A DNA stretch of 64,000 nt. It comes from an uncultured Thermotogae bacterium (GTDB lineage Bacteria > Bipolaricaulota > Bipolaricaulia > UBA7950 > UBA9294). A program made the translations under genes and the position numbers. Shown piece after piece: positions 22,880-32,917 of the stretch. Every line of letters starts with the position of its first letter. Positions within the stretch are counted from its first letter, which is position 1. A model generated the notes under the pieces. It was not told the origin of the DNA. It worked only from the letters and a program-made list of their open reading frames with translations, and made no database searches. The stretch is taken from NCBI GenBank assembly GCA_964570515.1, contig CAZMYM010000003.1, positions 24,697-88,696 of the forward strand, in the 5' to 3' direction.

Positions 22880-24015
22880 TGCGATCCCTCCGCTCCCAGT
22901 TTCACGCGCGGGTCGATCAGCGCGTAGATGATATCAAGCAGGAAGACGCTGATCGCCAGTAAGTACGCGAAAATAACCACGGATCCGATGATCACAGGCG
23001 TTTCGAACATCCCGATCGCCTGGAACAACAACCGTCCGAGTCCCGGCCAACTGAAGACCGTCTCCGTGATGATCGCTCCCTGCCACGCGTAGATGAGGGT
23101 GAATGCAAACTGGGTGACGATGGTGGGAAGCGTTGGACGGAGCACGTAGCGTCGTTCGATCGTTCGGGAGCGCAGACCCTTCGCCTTGGCAAGCTCCACA
23201 TAGTCCTCAGAGGAGTAGACCAAGAAGAACGTTCTGCGCGTGTAGACGCCGATCGCCAGTGTTGACATCAGCCATGCCATCAACGGAAGGATCATGTGCT
23301 TGAGCATACTGAGCGCTCGCCCGAGTCCGGTCAGCGGCACGGGGGCGTCGAGCATGCCGCCGTACGGAAGCACGCCGAGTATGGATGCGAAAATCAGAAT
23401 GAGGAAGATCCCGTAGAACCACGGGGGAGCCGCCGACGTCGGAGCCACCGCAACCGACAGACGATCCAGGACGCTCCCGTAACGTCTCGATAGGAACAGC
23501 GCAATGAACACGCCAAGGAAGAACGTGAGCAGGTTTGCCGTACCGAACAAGACCAGCGTCACCGGCAACCGTTCGAGCAAGATGTTCTTCACGTCCTTCG
23601 ATCCCGTGTTGCTGGACATCCGTTCCGAGCGACCGAGGGAGAGTGTGAGCGCGTCCAACAGATAGTTGAAGCTTCGTCCGATGAAGGGCTTGTCGAGGCC
23701 GAGACGCGCGACTTGGCGCTCAATCTCGTCGTCCATCAGCCGCTGTTTATCGCTCGGGGCCATGTCTTGATAGAGTGAATTCCCGCGGAACGACAGACCG
23801 ACCCCTTCCGTGATCTGCGACCTACGGATGTTGTCCACGTACCCACCCATGTTCGCGATCCAAACGGAGATGTACACGCCAATGCAGACGGTGACAAGCA
23901 AGGCCACTCCGCGCATGGCTGTGTAGCGGGCGAATTTCAAGAGAGCAGGCGAGATCACTCTTCGCCTCGGTTGCGCGCGATCCGCCGCACCAGGCGTCGC
24001 TGCTTCTTTTGCCAT
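22876..24015 (-). CDS. oppB: Peptide ABC permease (OppB type)
   Basis: ERLPVTL, DYVELAKAKGL, ETVFSWPGLG. Confidence 0.9.
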   Translation of the reverse strand: MAKEAATPGAADRAQPRRRVISPALLKFARYTAMRGVALLVTVCIGVYISVWIANMGGYVDNIRRSQITEGVGLSFRGNSLYQDMAPSDKQRLMDDEIERQVARLGLDKPFIGRSFNYLLDALTLSLGRSERMSSNTGSKDVKNILLERLPVTLVLFGTANLLTFFLGVFIALFLSRRYGSVLDRLSVAVAPTSAAPPWFYGIFLILIFASILGVLPYGGMLDAPVPLTGLGRALSMLKHMILPLMAWLMSTLAIGVYTRRTFFLVYSSEDYVELAKAKGLRSRTIERRYVLRPTLPTIVTQFAFTLIYAWQGAIITETVFSWPGLGRLLFQAIGMFETPVIIGSVVIFAYLLAISVFLLDIIYALIDPRVKLGAEGSQ

Positions 24016-24039
24016 GATTCACCTTTCGAGTCGTACCGA

Positions 24040-24093
24040 CAAAGGGGGGTCGTCGGAGAGAGCAAGCTCCCTCCCCCGACCCCCCGACTTTTA
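24040..24093 (-). terminator. Hairpin between the substrate-binding and permease genes (terminator or stabiliser)
   Basis: GGGGGGTCG...CGACCCCCC outer stem with an inner GAGAG...CTCCCTC stem; A/T runs on both sides. Confidence 0.5.
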
Positions 24094-24137
24094 TTGCACT
24101 GTTACTGCCTGCCTAGACCTCGTTTCCGTTCTCTCTC

Positions 24138-26609
24138 TTAGTTGACGAGGAACGAAATCGAGCCGAATCCAGGTTTGGCAACCGGCTTGACGACGACGAT
24201 GACCTCGAGCTTCGCCGAACCAGCGCTGAGCTTGTTCGTGTCCGCAGCGGTCAGCGTGACCGTCCCCGCACCGTCGCCCGTGATGACGCCGGCGCCGGAG
24301 AACGCGAGGGCACCCAATGCGTCGAAGGCGAGGTACTTGATCTCGACCATGTCGGCCGCAGGATACGCCTCGCCGCCTTCGGTAATCGCGATGGCGAACG
24401 TCGCCGTTTCGCCGATGGCTACATCGGCAGGACCGGTGACCGCGATGTCGGCCATCCGCGGCGCGGCGAACGCGAGGAACTTGGCCATGTCATGGCGATA
24501 GTCCTCGAAACGCATACCGGTGATGATCTTGGCGATCGGGTCAACCGCTTCGATCATCATCGGACCGTTGCCGATCCACATGTGATCGTACTTGGCGCGG
24601 AACGCGGCAAGGTTCGCGTAGCGGGTTTGTGCCTCAGTCGTCGTGATGTATCCACCGAGTGTCGCCACGTATGGAACGTAGCTTGTGGCCACGGCGATTT
24701 CGAGCTGATCGTCCAACAGGACCAACTGCTCGCCGGCGATCCAGTTCTGGCGGTCGACGCCGAGCAAGTCGGCTTTGTCTTCCGAGAACGTGGTCGTTTC
24801 GGCTTCTTCGGCCAACAGTCCGACGGCCATCGTGTGCCACGGCGCCATCCCCTGGCTGTAGTTCGGCCAGATCAGGGACAGGCGGTTGAACACCTGAACT
24901 TCGGCGTCGAGGTAGAACCGGTCGTCGTAGATCTCGACTCTCAACGGAGTCACCGACAGCACCTTGAAGCCCTTGTGCACCGTCAGGAACTGGGCGAGCG
25001 AGGGAGCCTGGGCTTCGTCGTAGTACGGGCTGTCAGGCTTACCCAGGTCCATGCCGATGATGTAGGTCAGCAGCATGTCAGCGAACGAGAAGACCGAACC
25101 GTCATGCCACTTGTTCTCAAACAGGTCCGCGACGTAAGTAGCCGTCGTCTTGGTCTTCGCGTTCACGCCGTCCGGGTACTTCTCCCCGACGGTGATGAAG
25201 CGCTGGTTGACCGCATCCCAGTCGCAGTACGCGTCGGCCGGAACGTTGATGACCGGTACCTCCTCGACGGTGACGTAGTCGAGGGTCGATCCCATCGGGA
25301 CGCCCGCTTCGATTGTCACAACAGCGCTCTCGACGAGGTGCGGCTGCCCGAGTCCGGTGAACGGATCCGGGAAGATGTACCAGTCTTCGGTGGCGCGCTG
25401 GATCATCGCGTCATACAGCCAGTTTGAACCCGCGACCGGGTTCCACGGCTGGGTCATCATGCTCGGCGAAGCCATGCGCATCGTGCCACCGACGACCGGA
25501 GCGCCGTCGGCGTCGACGTAGCGGGCGGTGTGAGCCCAGATGTAGGCGCCCGAGACACCGGCTGCGACGTCAACGAGGACGCTCACGTCAGAGGCCGTCG
25601 CCCACGGGGAAGCGGCGCTCAATATCCACTGGTTCCACGCACAATCGGCGGCGCCACGCTCGGCGATGCCGAGAAGCTCGACGCGCTCTGCCACCGTCGC
25701 GTAGTCGCGGCGGGCGAGCTTGTCGAACGCTGCGTCAGCTTCGGGGAACAGTTGCATCGGGTAGCCCTGGTTCAACGGGACCGCCCAACCGCGAGGCGTG
25801 TACATGAAGTCGAAGTCTGTGCCCTGGTCGCGGTCGATGAGGTTAGAGATCCATCCGCCGGTGTAGTAGCTCCACTGACCCTCAGTCGGATCGCTGAGTA
25901 GCCAGATCGGCGACGCTTCGCCCGACGTGAGCTTCCTGCGCTCGACGGTGAAGTTCTGCGACTCGAGCACGTCGGCGAAGTAGTCCCCGATCTCTAGACG
26001 CTCGTCTTCGATGCGGATGATGCCGATCAGTTCGACCGGCTCACCATCGTACTTCCACACGCCATCCAGAACTGCGCCGGCGCCCTCCATCCCCGACTTG
26101 ATCAGGGCGGCGGCGGCATCGGCATCGGCCTGGTACTTCAGCTCGAGGGAACGCGCCGATTCGATCGCCTGAGCATACGGCGGGAAGTTCGGGTCGAGCA
26201 TCGTCCAACGGGCGACGCCCAGACCGAGGAGGATCTCCTCGATGAGGTAGTTACGGTCGATCAAGTAATACATCGCCTCGCGGACGGCTTGAATACCGAA
26301 CGCGTTTAAGCGACCGTCCTGGAAGAACGGGGCGTCGTCTGCGTCCACGCCCGGGTTCAGCAGGAGCGTGTTGAAGCTACCGTAGCTGAATGTGACCGGT
26401 AGACCGTAATCGAGAATGTCTTGGTACAGCGTCGCCGTGAAGGCGTTGCCGTACAGCTGCGTGTCGCCGTCCACCATTTGCGCGAGGACCTTGGATTGGT
26501 CGACCTCTTCGAAGAAGACGATCCGATCCGGAGCAAGGCCCGTATACGCAAATGCGGACACGACAGGGAGAACTGCCAATAGGACCACTACTAGAATGAG
26601 CTTGCGCAC
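24138..26609 (-). CDS. oppA: Large family-5 (peptide/oligosaccharide) ABC substrate-binding protein
   Basis: GTG 26609 after GGGAGG. Signal peptide MRKLILVVVLLAVLPVVSAFA, VREAMYYLIDR, PWNPVAG, WHDGSVFSFAD; extra C-terminal beta-rich domain. Confidence 0.85.
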   Translation of the reverse strand: MRKLILVVVLLAVLPVVSAFAYTGLAPDRIVFFEEVDQSKVLAQMVDGDTQLYGNAFTATLYQDILDYGLPVTFSYGSFNTLLLNPGVDADDAPFFQDGRLNAFGIQAVREAMYYLIDRNYLIEEILLGLGVARWTMLDPNFPPYAQAIESARSLELKYQADADAAAALIKSGMEGAGAVLDGVWKYDGEPVELIGIIRIEDERLEIGDYFADVLESQNFTVERRKLTSGEASPIWLLSDPTEGQWSYYTGGWISNLIDRDQGTDFDFMYTPRGWAVPLNQGYPMQLFPEADAAFDKLARRDYATVAERVELLGIAERGAADCAWNQWILSAASPWATASDVSVLVDVAAGVSGAYIWAHTARYVDADGAPVVGGTMRMASPSMMTQPWNPVAGSNWLYDAMIQRATEDWYIFPDPFTGLGQPHLVESAVVTIEAGVPMGSTLDYVTVEEVPVINVPADAYCDWDAVNQRFITVGEKYPDGVNAKTKTTATYVADLFENKWHDGSVFSFADMLLTYIIGMDLGKPDSPYYDEAQAPSLAQFLTVHKGFKVLSVTPLRVEIYDDRFYLDAEVQVFNRLSLIWPNYSQGMAPWHTMAVGLLAEEAETTTFSEDKADLLGVDRQNWIAGEQLVLLDDQLEIAVATSYVPYVATLGGYITTTEAQTRYANLAAFRAKYDHMWIGNGPMMIEAVDPIAKIITGMRFEDYRHDMAKFLAFAAPRMADIAVTGPADVAIGETATFAIAITEGGEAYPAADMVEIKYLAFDALGALAFSGAGVITGDGAGTVTLTAADTNKLSAGSAKLEVIVVVKPVAKPGFGSISFLVN

Positions 26610-27187
26610 GTCTTGAGTCCCTCCCTTGTGTATTGGACGCCAACTACTGGTGATGGTTGGCGTCAGTCCCTGTGCTTCGCCAGTATGGCACCTGTTGCAT
26701 GTCCTGGCATCTGCGCTCTTAGAGAACGCACTCACCGGTCCCATGCTTCGTGCATCACGGAACACTCCCTTGAAGGGAAGACTGCACGTGTTCTACGGTC
26801 TGACAAAGCGGACTGCTACTGCACTTCGACCCACGGCGTCGATTGAAGCCCGTTGGTCGCCCTGTTTCGCGTGGAGAGGCATCCACAAACAGTCAAATCA
26901 GTATAGGTAGGTTGAGGGCCCAAAGCGGGGCCGACGGGGAATCTCCATCATCTTCCCACAACTTCTTCACATTCGGACGACGAATCCTCACAATTCGAGC
27001 ACGCCACGCGCTCGATTCACGCCGGGCGCCGTCGTTGCCCCTTCGGTCTCAGTGCAGGAGGTCGCCGGACTTCCCACAGAGTAGGCGGCCGGTGAAGGAT
27101 GCGCTATCATCGCCGGGCCGCCGCTGATCTCCGCGCGACGCGGTGCCGCGTCGCCGTCGAAGCAGGCGCGAAAAGGGGGCTTCGAGT

Positions 27188-28099
27188 ATGCAGCAGCGAA
27201 ACGTGGTGTCCCTGGCCGGTCTCTCGGCCGAAGAGATCTGGGAGATCCTCGAGACCGCGCAACACTTGAAGCGAGACCTTCGCGCCGGCCTTCCGCATCC
27301 CCTTCTGGCCGGGAAGACGCTGGCGATGATCTTCCAGAAGCCATCTCTGCGTACGCGCGTATCTTTCGAGACGGGCATGTGGCAATTGGGGGGACACGCG
27401 ATCTACCTCGGTCCCGAAGACATCAAGTTGGGGAAACGGGAGACAACCGAGGATATCGCGCTCAATCTGTCTCGCTACGTCGACGGAATCATGGCCCGCG
27501 TCTTCGAGCATCAGGCGATCGCCGAACTCGCCGAACACGCCACCGTTCCAGTGATCAACGGTCTCTGCGACACGTACCATCCGTGTCAGGCCTTGGCGGA
27601 CTTCCTGACCGTGCTGGAGAAGAAGCGACGACTCGAGGGGTTGACCCTCACGTTCATCGGCGACGGCAACAACGTCGCGCATTCCCTGATCAACGGGTGT
27701 GCCAAGCTCGGGATGGCGTTTCGCATCGCGTGTCCTGCGGGTTACGAGCCCGATGCACAGATCGTCGCGGCTGCGCGGGCCCTCGGCGCGTCGATCGACA
27801 TCCTCCACGACCCTCGCGAAGCGGCGTCGGGGGCCGACGTGCTCTACACCGACGTGTGGGTGAGCATGGGACAGGAGACGGACGGCGCCGCGAAGGTGAA
27901 CGCGTTCGAAGGGTTCACGATCGACCGCGATCTTCTCGGAGTTGCGAAGGCGGATGCGATCGTCTTGCACTGTCTCCCAGCGCACTACGGCGAGGAGATC
28001 GAGTATGAGGCTTCGCGTAGCGCGGGAAGCGCGATCTTCGATCAAGCCGAGAACCGGATGCACGCGCAGAAGGCCGTCATGGCCCTGTTGATGTCGTAG
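27188..28099 (+). CDS. argF: Ornithine carbamoyltransferase
   Basis: FQKPSLRTRVSFE, HPCQALAD, GDGNNV, DVWVSMGQE, HCLP, QAENR. Confidence 0.93.
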   Translation: MQQRNVVSLAGLSAEEIWEILETAQHLKRDLRAGLPHPLLAGKTLAMIFQKPSLRTRVSFETGMWQLGGHAIYLGPEDIKLGKRETTEDIALNLSRYVDGIMARVFEHQAIAELAEHATVPVINGLCDTYHPCQALADFLTVLEKKRRLEGLTLTFIGDGNNVAHSLINGCAKLGMAFRIACPAGYEPDAQIVAAARALGASIDILHDPREAASGADVLYTDVWVSMGQETDGAAKVNAFEGFTIDRDLLGVAKADAIVLHCLPAHYGEEIEYEASRSAGSAIFDQAENRMHAQKAVMALLMS

Positions 28100-28118
28100 C
28101 CGGGAAGGAGACCTGGCG

Positions 28119-29297
28119 ATGAGTGCGGAAGGAACCGCAGGCTCGGGAGAGAAAGGCGATTGCATCGTTGTCGCGCAGCCGTCTTCAGAACGGGCGATTG
28201 CGGTTGAGACGAAGAGCGTGGAACTGCTGGGACGAGGAATCGATGCGGTGGTGGCGGGCACACTCGATCTGCTCGAGTCGGAACCGGTGGCGATTCGGAT
28301 CACCGATCAAGGCGCGCTCGACTACGTGATCCAAGCCCGGGTCGAAGCGGCGGTGCTCGGGCTGTTCCCGGAGACTCGCGGGGTTGTCGAAGCGACCGTC
28401 GACAGGCCGGCCAGCGGGCGGGATCGCCCGCGGCGAAGTCGCCTGTACGCGCCGGGAAACCACCCGCGGCTCCTCGCCGGAATTGACGTGCATGGCGCGG
28501 ACTGCGTGGTGCTCGACCTGGAGGATTCGGTCCCACCTGCGGAGAAGCAGTCGGCACGCATCCTGGTCAAGCAGCTTCTCGCATCGGTCCCGTTTCCCGA
28601 CGACGTCTGGGTGCGGATCAATTCACTGGACACCTGCGGGTTGGATGATCTGGGCGAGATCCTGTCCGGGAGGCCGCACGGGATCTGTCTCCCGAAGACG
28701 GAATCCGCCGACGATGTGGCGAGGCTGGCTGAGGCCCTTGACAGCCGCGAGAGCGAACTCGGACTCGCCGGCGGTTCGACGTGGATCATGCCGATCATCG
28801 AGACGGCAAAGGGCGTGCTCCATGCCGAGGAGATCCTGGGGGCGCACGAGCGGATCGTGATCGTCGCCTTCGGGGCCGAGGACTTCACGCGAGACATCGG
28901 GGCGCTCCGGACGCAAGACTCTCTTCTGTTCGCACGATCGCAGATCGTTGCTGCGGCCGCGGTGGCGGGCGTGCAGGCATCGGACACGGTCTTCGCGGAC
29001 CTCGCCGATTCCGACGGCCTGCGCGAAGAGGCGGAACTGGCCCGGGAACTCGGATTCGACGGAAAGGGTGCGATCAATCCGAGGCAGCTCGGACCGATTC
29101 ACCGCGCGTTCTCGCCGACCGACGAGGAGATCGAGCGGGCGCAAGCGATCGTTGACGCGGCGCGCGAGGCCGAGGCACAGGGGCGCGGGGCGATCGCCCT
29201 CGAAGGGAAGATGATCGATAAGCCCGTGCTTGCACGGGCCCAGCGCTTGATCCGGTTCGCCGAGCGACTGACGAGAGGGGGCGAGCGAAGTGCGTAA
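28119..29297 (+). CDS. citE: Citrate-lyase gamma (CitD-like) / beta (CitE) fusion protein
   Basis: N-terminal ~80 aa CitD-like (AGSGEKGD...DQGALDYVIQARVEAA). C-terminal CitE: RRSRLYAPG, LDLEDSV, VRIN, LPKTE, IET, FGAEDF, FDGKGAINPRQ. Confidence 0.85.
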   Translation: MSAEGTAGSGEKGDCIVVAQPSSERAIAVETKSVELLGRGIDAVVAGTLDLLESEPVAIRITDQGALDYVIQARVEAAVLGLFPETRGVVEATVDRPASGRDRPRRSRLYAPGNHPRLLAGIDVHGADCVVLDLEDSVPPAEKQSARILVKQLLASVPFPDDVWVRINSLDTCGLDDLGEILSGRPHGICLPKTESADDVARLAEALDSRESELGLAGGSTWIMPIIETAKGVLHAEEILGAHERIVIVAFGAEDFTRDIGALRTQDSLLFARSQIVAAAAVAGVQASDTVFADLADSDGLREEAELARELGFDGKGAINPRQLGPIHRAFSPTDEEIERAQAIVDAAREAEAQGRGAIALEGKMIDKPVLARAQRLIRFAERLTRGGERSA

Positions 29298-30840
29298 CGC
29301 CGTCGATCGAGAGATTCCGAAGCGCATCGGCTCGCGCGACGTTCAGCCTTTCCGGGGCGCATTCGCGACGTCACGGGACGGGCGGAAGGCGGCGCGATAC
29401 CAAAAGACGGCCGCGCGCGAGGAGAACAAGGTTGTCGCGTCCCTCGACGAGGCGATTCGTGCGGTCGGGCTTTCCGATGGGATGACGATCTCGTTCCATC
29501 ATTCGTTCCGCGACGGCGACCATGTTGTGAATCGCGTGCTCGACGCGTGTGCGCGGGCCGGAATCAAGGATCTTCGCCTGTTCCCGACGGCCCTGTTCCC
29601 GGTCCATGAGCCGGTGATCGAGCACGTTCGCAACGGCGTCGTCTCGCGAATCGAGGGGTCGATGAACGGCCCCGTCGGGGCCTTCGTCTCCCAAGGCGGC
29701 CGGCTCGCGGAGCCGGCGGTTCTGCGCTCTCACAGTGGGCGCTGGCGGGCGGTCGAGGCAGGCGACGTCGAGATCGACGTCGCATTTGTCGCCGCGTCTC
29801 AGGCCGATCCGCATGGGAACGCGACCGGGATTCGCGGGGTGACGCCGTGCGGACCGATCAGCTTCTCCACGGTCGACGCGCAGTACGCGCGCAAGACCGT
29901 CATCGTGACCAACGATCTGCAGCCGTACCCAGTTCATCCGTTCGAGATTCAGGCCTGCTGGACGGACGTGGTCGTGAAGGTCGATGAGATCGGCGACCCG
30001 GAGAGCATCGTGAGCGGGACCCTGCAACTCACCAAGTCGCCGACCAGGCTTCGGATCGCGCGGCTGACCGCTGAGGCGGTGGTGGCGTCGGGAGCGTTCG
30101 TCGACGGGTTCGGTTTCCAGGGAGGCGCCGGGGGCATCTCGCTCGCGGTGACCCGTTCGCTCGGAGACGAGATGGAGAAGGCAGGAATCCGTGCGGGCTT
30201 CGCGATCGGCGGGGGGACGAAGACGCTGGTCGATCTGCTTCACCGCGGACTGGTCGGGACGATTCTTGAGGGACAGGCGTTCGATCTCGATGCGATCGAA
30301 TCTCTGCGGGAGGATGAAGGCCACGTGATCATGGATCCGGGGATGTACGGGAACGTCGATTCAAGGTCCTGTGCGACCCACCAGCTCGATGCCGCATTCC
30401 TCGGGGCGACCGAAGTCGATCTCGCGTTCAACGTGAACGTCAACACGCATTCGGACGGGCAGTTGCTGCACGGGATCGGTGGGCACCAAGAGGTCGCCGC
30501 AGGGGCGGCGATGACGCTGATCACCGTCCCGACGTTGCGTGGCCGGATTCCGACGATCGTCGATCGCGTCACGACGGTCACGACGCCTGGCGAGGTCATC
30601 GACGTCATCGTCACCGAGCGAGGAATCGCCGTGAACCCGAATCGCGACGACCTGAAGGAACGCTTCACAAGCGCCGGACTGCCGGTCCGACCGCTTGAGG
30701 AGATCAAGGCAGAGGCGGACCGGATGATTCAACCGCTTCGACGGCCTGTGTTCGGAGACGAGGTGGTCGCCGCCATCGAGTGGCGCGACGGGACCGTGAT
30801 CGATGTGGTGCGGAAAGTGGAGGGATGGGAATGCAAATAG
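29290..30840 (+). CDS. citF: Citrate lyase alpha subunit / citrate CoA-transferase
   Basis: GLSDGMTISFHHSFRDGD, FQGGAGG, ATEVDLAFNVNV, PGEVIDVIVTERGIAVNP, IEWRDGTVIDVV. Confidence 0.92.
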   Translation: MRNAVDREIPKRIGSRDVQPFRGAFATSRDGRKAARYQKTAAREENKVVASLDEAIRAVGLSDGMTISFHHSFRDGDHVVNRVLDACARAGIKDLRLFPTALFPVHEPVIEHVRNGVVSRIEGSMNGPVGAFVSQGGRLAEPAVLRSHSGRWRAVEAGDVEIDVAFVAASQADPHGNATGIRGVTPCGPISFSTVDAQYARKTVIVTNDLQPYPVHPFEIQACWTDVVVKVDEIGDPESIVSGTLQLTKSPTRLRIARLTAEAVVASGAFVDGFGFQGGAGGISLAVTRSLGDEMEKAGIRAGFAIGGGTKTLVDLLHRGLVGTILEGQAFDLDAIESLREDEGHVIMDPGMYGNVDSRSCATHQLDAAFLGATEVDLAFNVNVNTHSDGQLLHGIGGHQEVAAGAAMTLITVPTLRGRIPTIVDRVTTVTTPGEVIDVIVTERGIAVNPNRDDLKERFTSAGLPVRPLEEIKAEADRMIQPLRRPVFGDEVVAAIEWRDGTVIDVVRKVEGWECK

Positions 30841-31376
30841 CAGTGAAAGACCGGTTGCTGGAGATCTTGCCGGAGATCAAGTGGATCGAGGACGCCGACC
30901 TGCGCGAGAAGGTGATCGCAACGTGGATCGACGGCCTCGAACGAGGCGGATGGACACCCGACGACGTCGATCGGATGCCGTTCACCTTGGCGAAGAAGGT
31001 CACGTCCAGCTTCGCCAAGCACGTGCGGAGCGTGACGCGCATCTGTGCGTTCGTCGCCGACACGTTCGACGAGATCTACGGCGGGGTCGACCTGAAGCTG
31101 AAGAAGGATCTCCTGCTCGCCGGCGCGCTCCTCCACGATGTCGGCAAGCTGCTCGAGATGGAAGAAGCTGACGGTGTGTTCAGGAAGAGCGCGGACGGGA
31201 AGCTCGTCCGTCACGCCTTTTCCGGCGTCGCTCTCGCCGACGCCCACGGCCTGCCCGCCGAGGTGCAGCACATGATCGGCACCCACTCCAAGGAGGGCGA
31301 TCCGTTCAAGCGAACGCCGGAGTCGGTCGTCCTTCACCTCGCCGATTTCATGAACTTCGACCCGATCGAGGGCTAG
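30831..31376 (+). CDS. HD-domain hydrolase
   Basis: HVRSV, LLAGALLHDVGKLLE, RHAFSG, H.IGTH, LHLADF. Confidence 0.85.
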   Translation: MQIAVKDRLLEILPEIKWIEDADLREKVIATWIDGLERGGWTPDDVDRMPFTLAKKVTSSFAKHVRSVTRICAFVADTFDEIYGGVDLKLKKDLLLAGALLHDVGKLLEMEEADGVFRKSADGKLVRHAFSGVALADAHGLPAEVQHMIGTHSKEGDPFKRTPESVVLHLADFMNFDPIEG

Positions 31377-31387
31377 CGCGAGGTGAC

Positions 31388-32650
31388 ATGATGGCGATGA
31401 CGTTCGCGCAGAAGATCCTCGCGAAGAAAGCTGGACTGGAGACGGTTGACGTCGGTCAGATCGTCGAGATCGAGCCGGATGTTTGCCTGTCGCACGACAA
31501 CACGGCCGCGATCGCCAAGATCTTTGCCAAGATCGGCGTCGAGCGGGTGGAGGATCCGGACAAGTTCGTCATCGTGCTCGATCACACCGTCCCCGCGTCG
31601 CAGGAGAAGTATGCGATCGGACACAAGGAGATCCGAGAGTTCGTCGCCTTCCACGGGATCGAGCGCTTCTACGATGTCGGCGTCGGAATCTGCCACCAGG
31701 TCCTGCCGGAGAAGGGGTTCGCGCTCCCCGGGCGACTGATCCTCGGCTCGGACTCGCACACCACGACCTACGGCGCGTTCGGCGCGTTTGCCGCCGGGAT
31801 CGGGCGCTCGGAGATGGCCGTGCTCTACGCGACGTCGAAGATCTGGCTCAAGACGCCGGCGAGCTTCAGAATCGTCGTCCACGGGACGCTGGCCGATCCG
31901 GTGACGGCGAAGGATCTGATCCTTCACATCATCGGGTCAATCGGCGCCGACGGCGCGCTCTACAAGTCGGTCGAGTACGCCGGCGAGGCCGTCGACGCGA
32001 TGAGTCTCGCCTCGCGGATGGTCCTGTCGAACATGGCGATCGAGATGGGCGCCAAGAACGGCTACTGCACGCCCGATGACAAGGTCTACCGATTCCTCGA
32101 GTCGCGGGCCGAGACGCAGTACACGCCCGTCTTCGCCGATGCCGACGCGGAGTACGAGCGGGTGCTCGAGTTCGACGCCACGTCGCTCCAGCCGCAGGTC
32201 GCCAAACCGCACACCGTCGATAATGTGTCGCCGGTCGGCGACGTCGCCGGCACGCCGATTCACCAAGGCCTCCTCGGCACGTGCACCAACGGTCGGATCG
32301 AAGACTTGCGCTTGGCCGCTAAGATCCTCGCGGGTCGGACGATCGCCAAGGGCGTTCGGCTCCTCGTCCTGCCCGCGTCGCAGGAGATTCTGATCGAGGC
32401 GCTCCGCGAGGGCCTGATCGACACGTTCGTCAAGGCCGGCGCGCTGCTGCTCAACCCCGGCTGCGGCCCGTGCCTCGGAGCGCATCAGGGCGTCATGGCG
32501 CCGGGTGAGACGTGTATCTCGACCGCCAACCGGAACTTCAAGGGACGAATGGGATCGGCGGAGGCGGAGATCTACCTCGCGTCGCCGGCGACCGTCGCCG
32601 CGTCGGTTGTAACCGGCGTGATCACCGATCCGCGCGAGTTCTTCAAGTAG
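31388..32650 (+). CDS. leuC: Aconitase-family hydratase large subunit (LeuC/homoaconitase type)
   Basis: GSDSHT, GTCTNGR and PGCGPCLG (three Fe-S cysteines), STANRNFKGRMG. Substrate uncertain. Confidence 0.88.
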   Translation: MMAMTFAQKILAKKAGLETVDVGQIVEIEPDVCLSHDNTAAIAKIFAKIGVERVEDPDKFVIVLDHTVPASQEKYAIGHKEIREFVAFHGIERFYDVGVGICHQVLPEKGFALPGRLILGSDSHTTTYGAFGAFAAGIGRSEMAVLYATSKIWLKTPASFRIVVHGTLADPVTAKDLILHIIGSIGADGALYKSVEYAGEAVDAMSLASRMVLSNMAIEMGAKNGYCTPDDKVYRFLESRAETQYTPVFADADAEYERVLEFDATSLQPQVAKPHTVDNVSPVGDVAGTPIHQGLLGTCTNGRIEDLRLAAKILAGRTIAKGVRLLVLPASQEILIEALREGLIDTFVKAGALLLNPGCGPCLGAHQGVMAPGETCISTANRNFKGRMGSAEAEIYLASPATVAASVVTGVITDPREFFK

Positions 32651-32659
32651 AGAAGCAGC

Positions 32660-32845
32660 CTCGCGCAGAGACGCAGAGGCGCGGAGAAGGCAAGAACGAG
32701 GCATGAGGGTCGCGGAGGGAAACGAAGAGAGACGGCAAAGCAAGGTGCTAGAGGTCCGTGGCGTTCCGTCTTCTCACCTTGAGGTCTTGCAGAGAGTGGT
32801 TTCCCGATTCTGGCTTCCTTGGCGTTCTCTGCGCCTCTGCGCGAG
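32660..32845. repeat. Single REP-doublet-like element between leuC and leuD
   Basis: CTCGCGCAGAGACGCAGAGGCGCGGAGAAGG at 32660 and an inverted copy CCTTGGCGTTCTCTGCGCCTCTGCGCGAG at 32817-32845. Confidence 0.85.
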
Positions 32846-32917
32846 GAAAGGTGTGGGTGTTGGAGTGTGCTTCTCCTCTGGCCTTTGGGATAGCCAGGTT
32901 CTAGTGAAGGAGTCTCG

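Noticed and set aside
26610-27187. T-box or riboswitch in the oppA/argF intergenic region
   Set aside because: One 9-bp stem (GACGCCAAC/GTTGGCGTC) is present, but no T-box or known riboswitch consensus was recognised.
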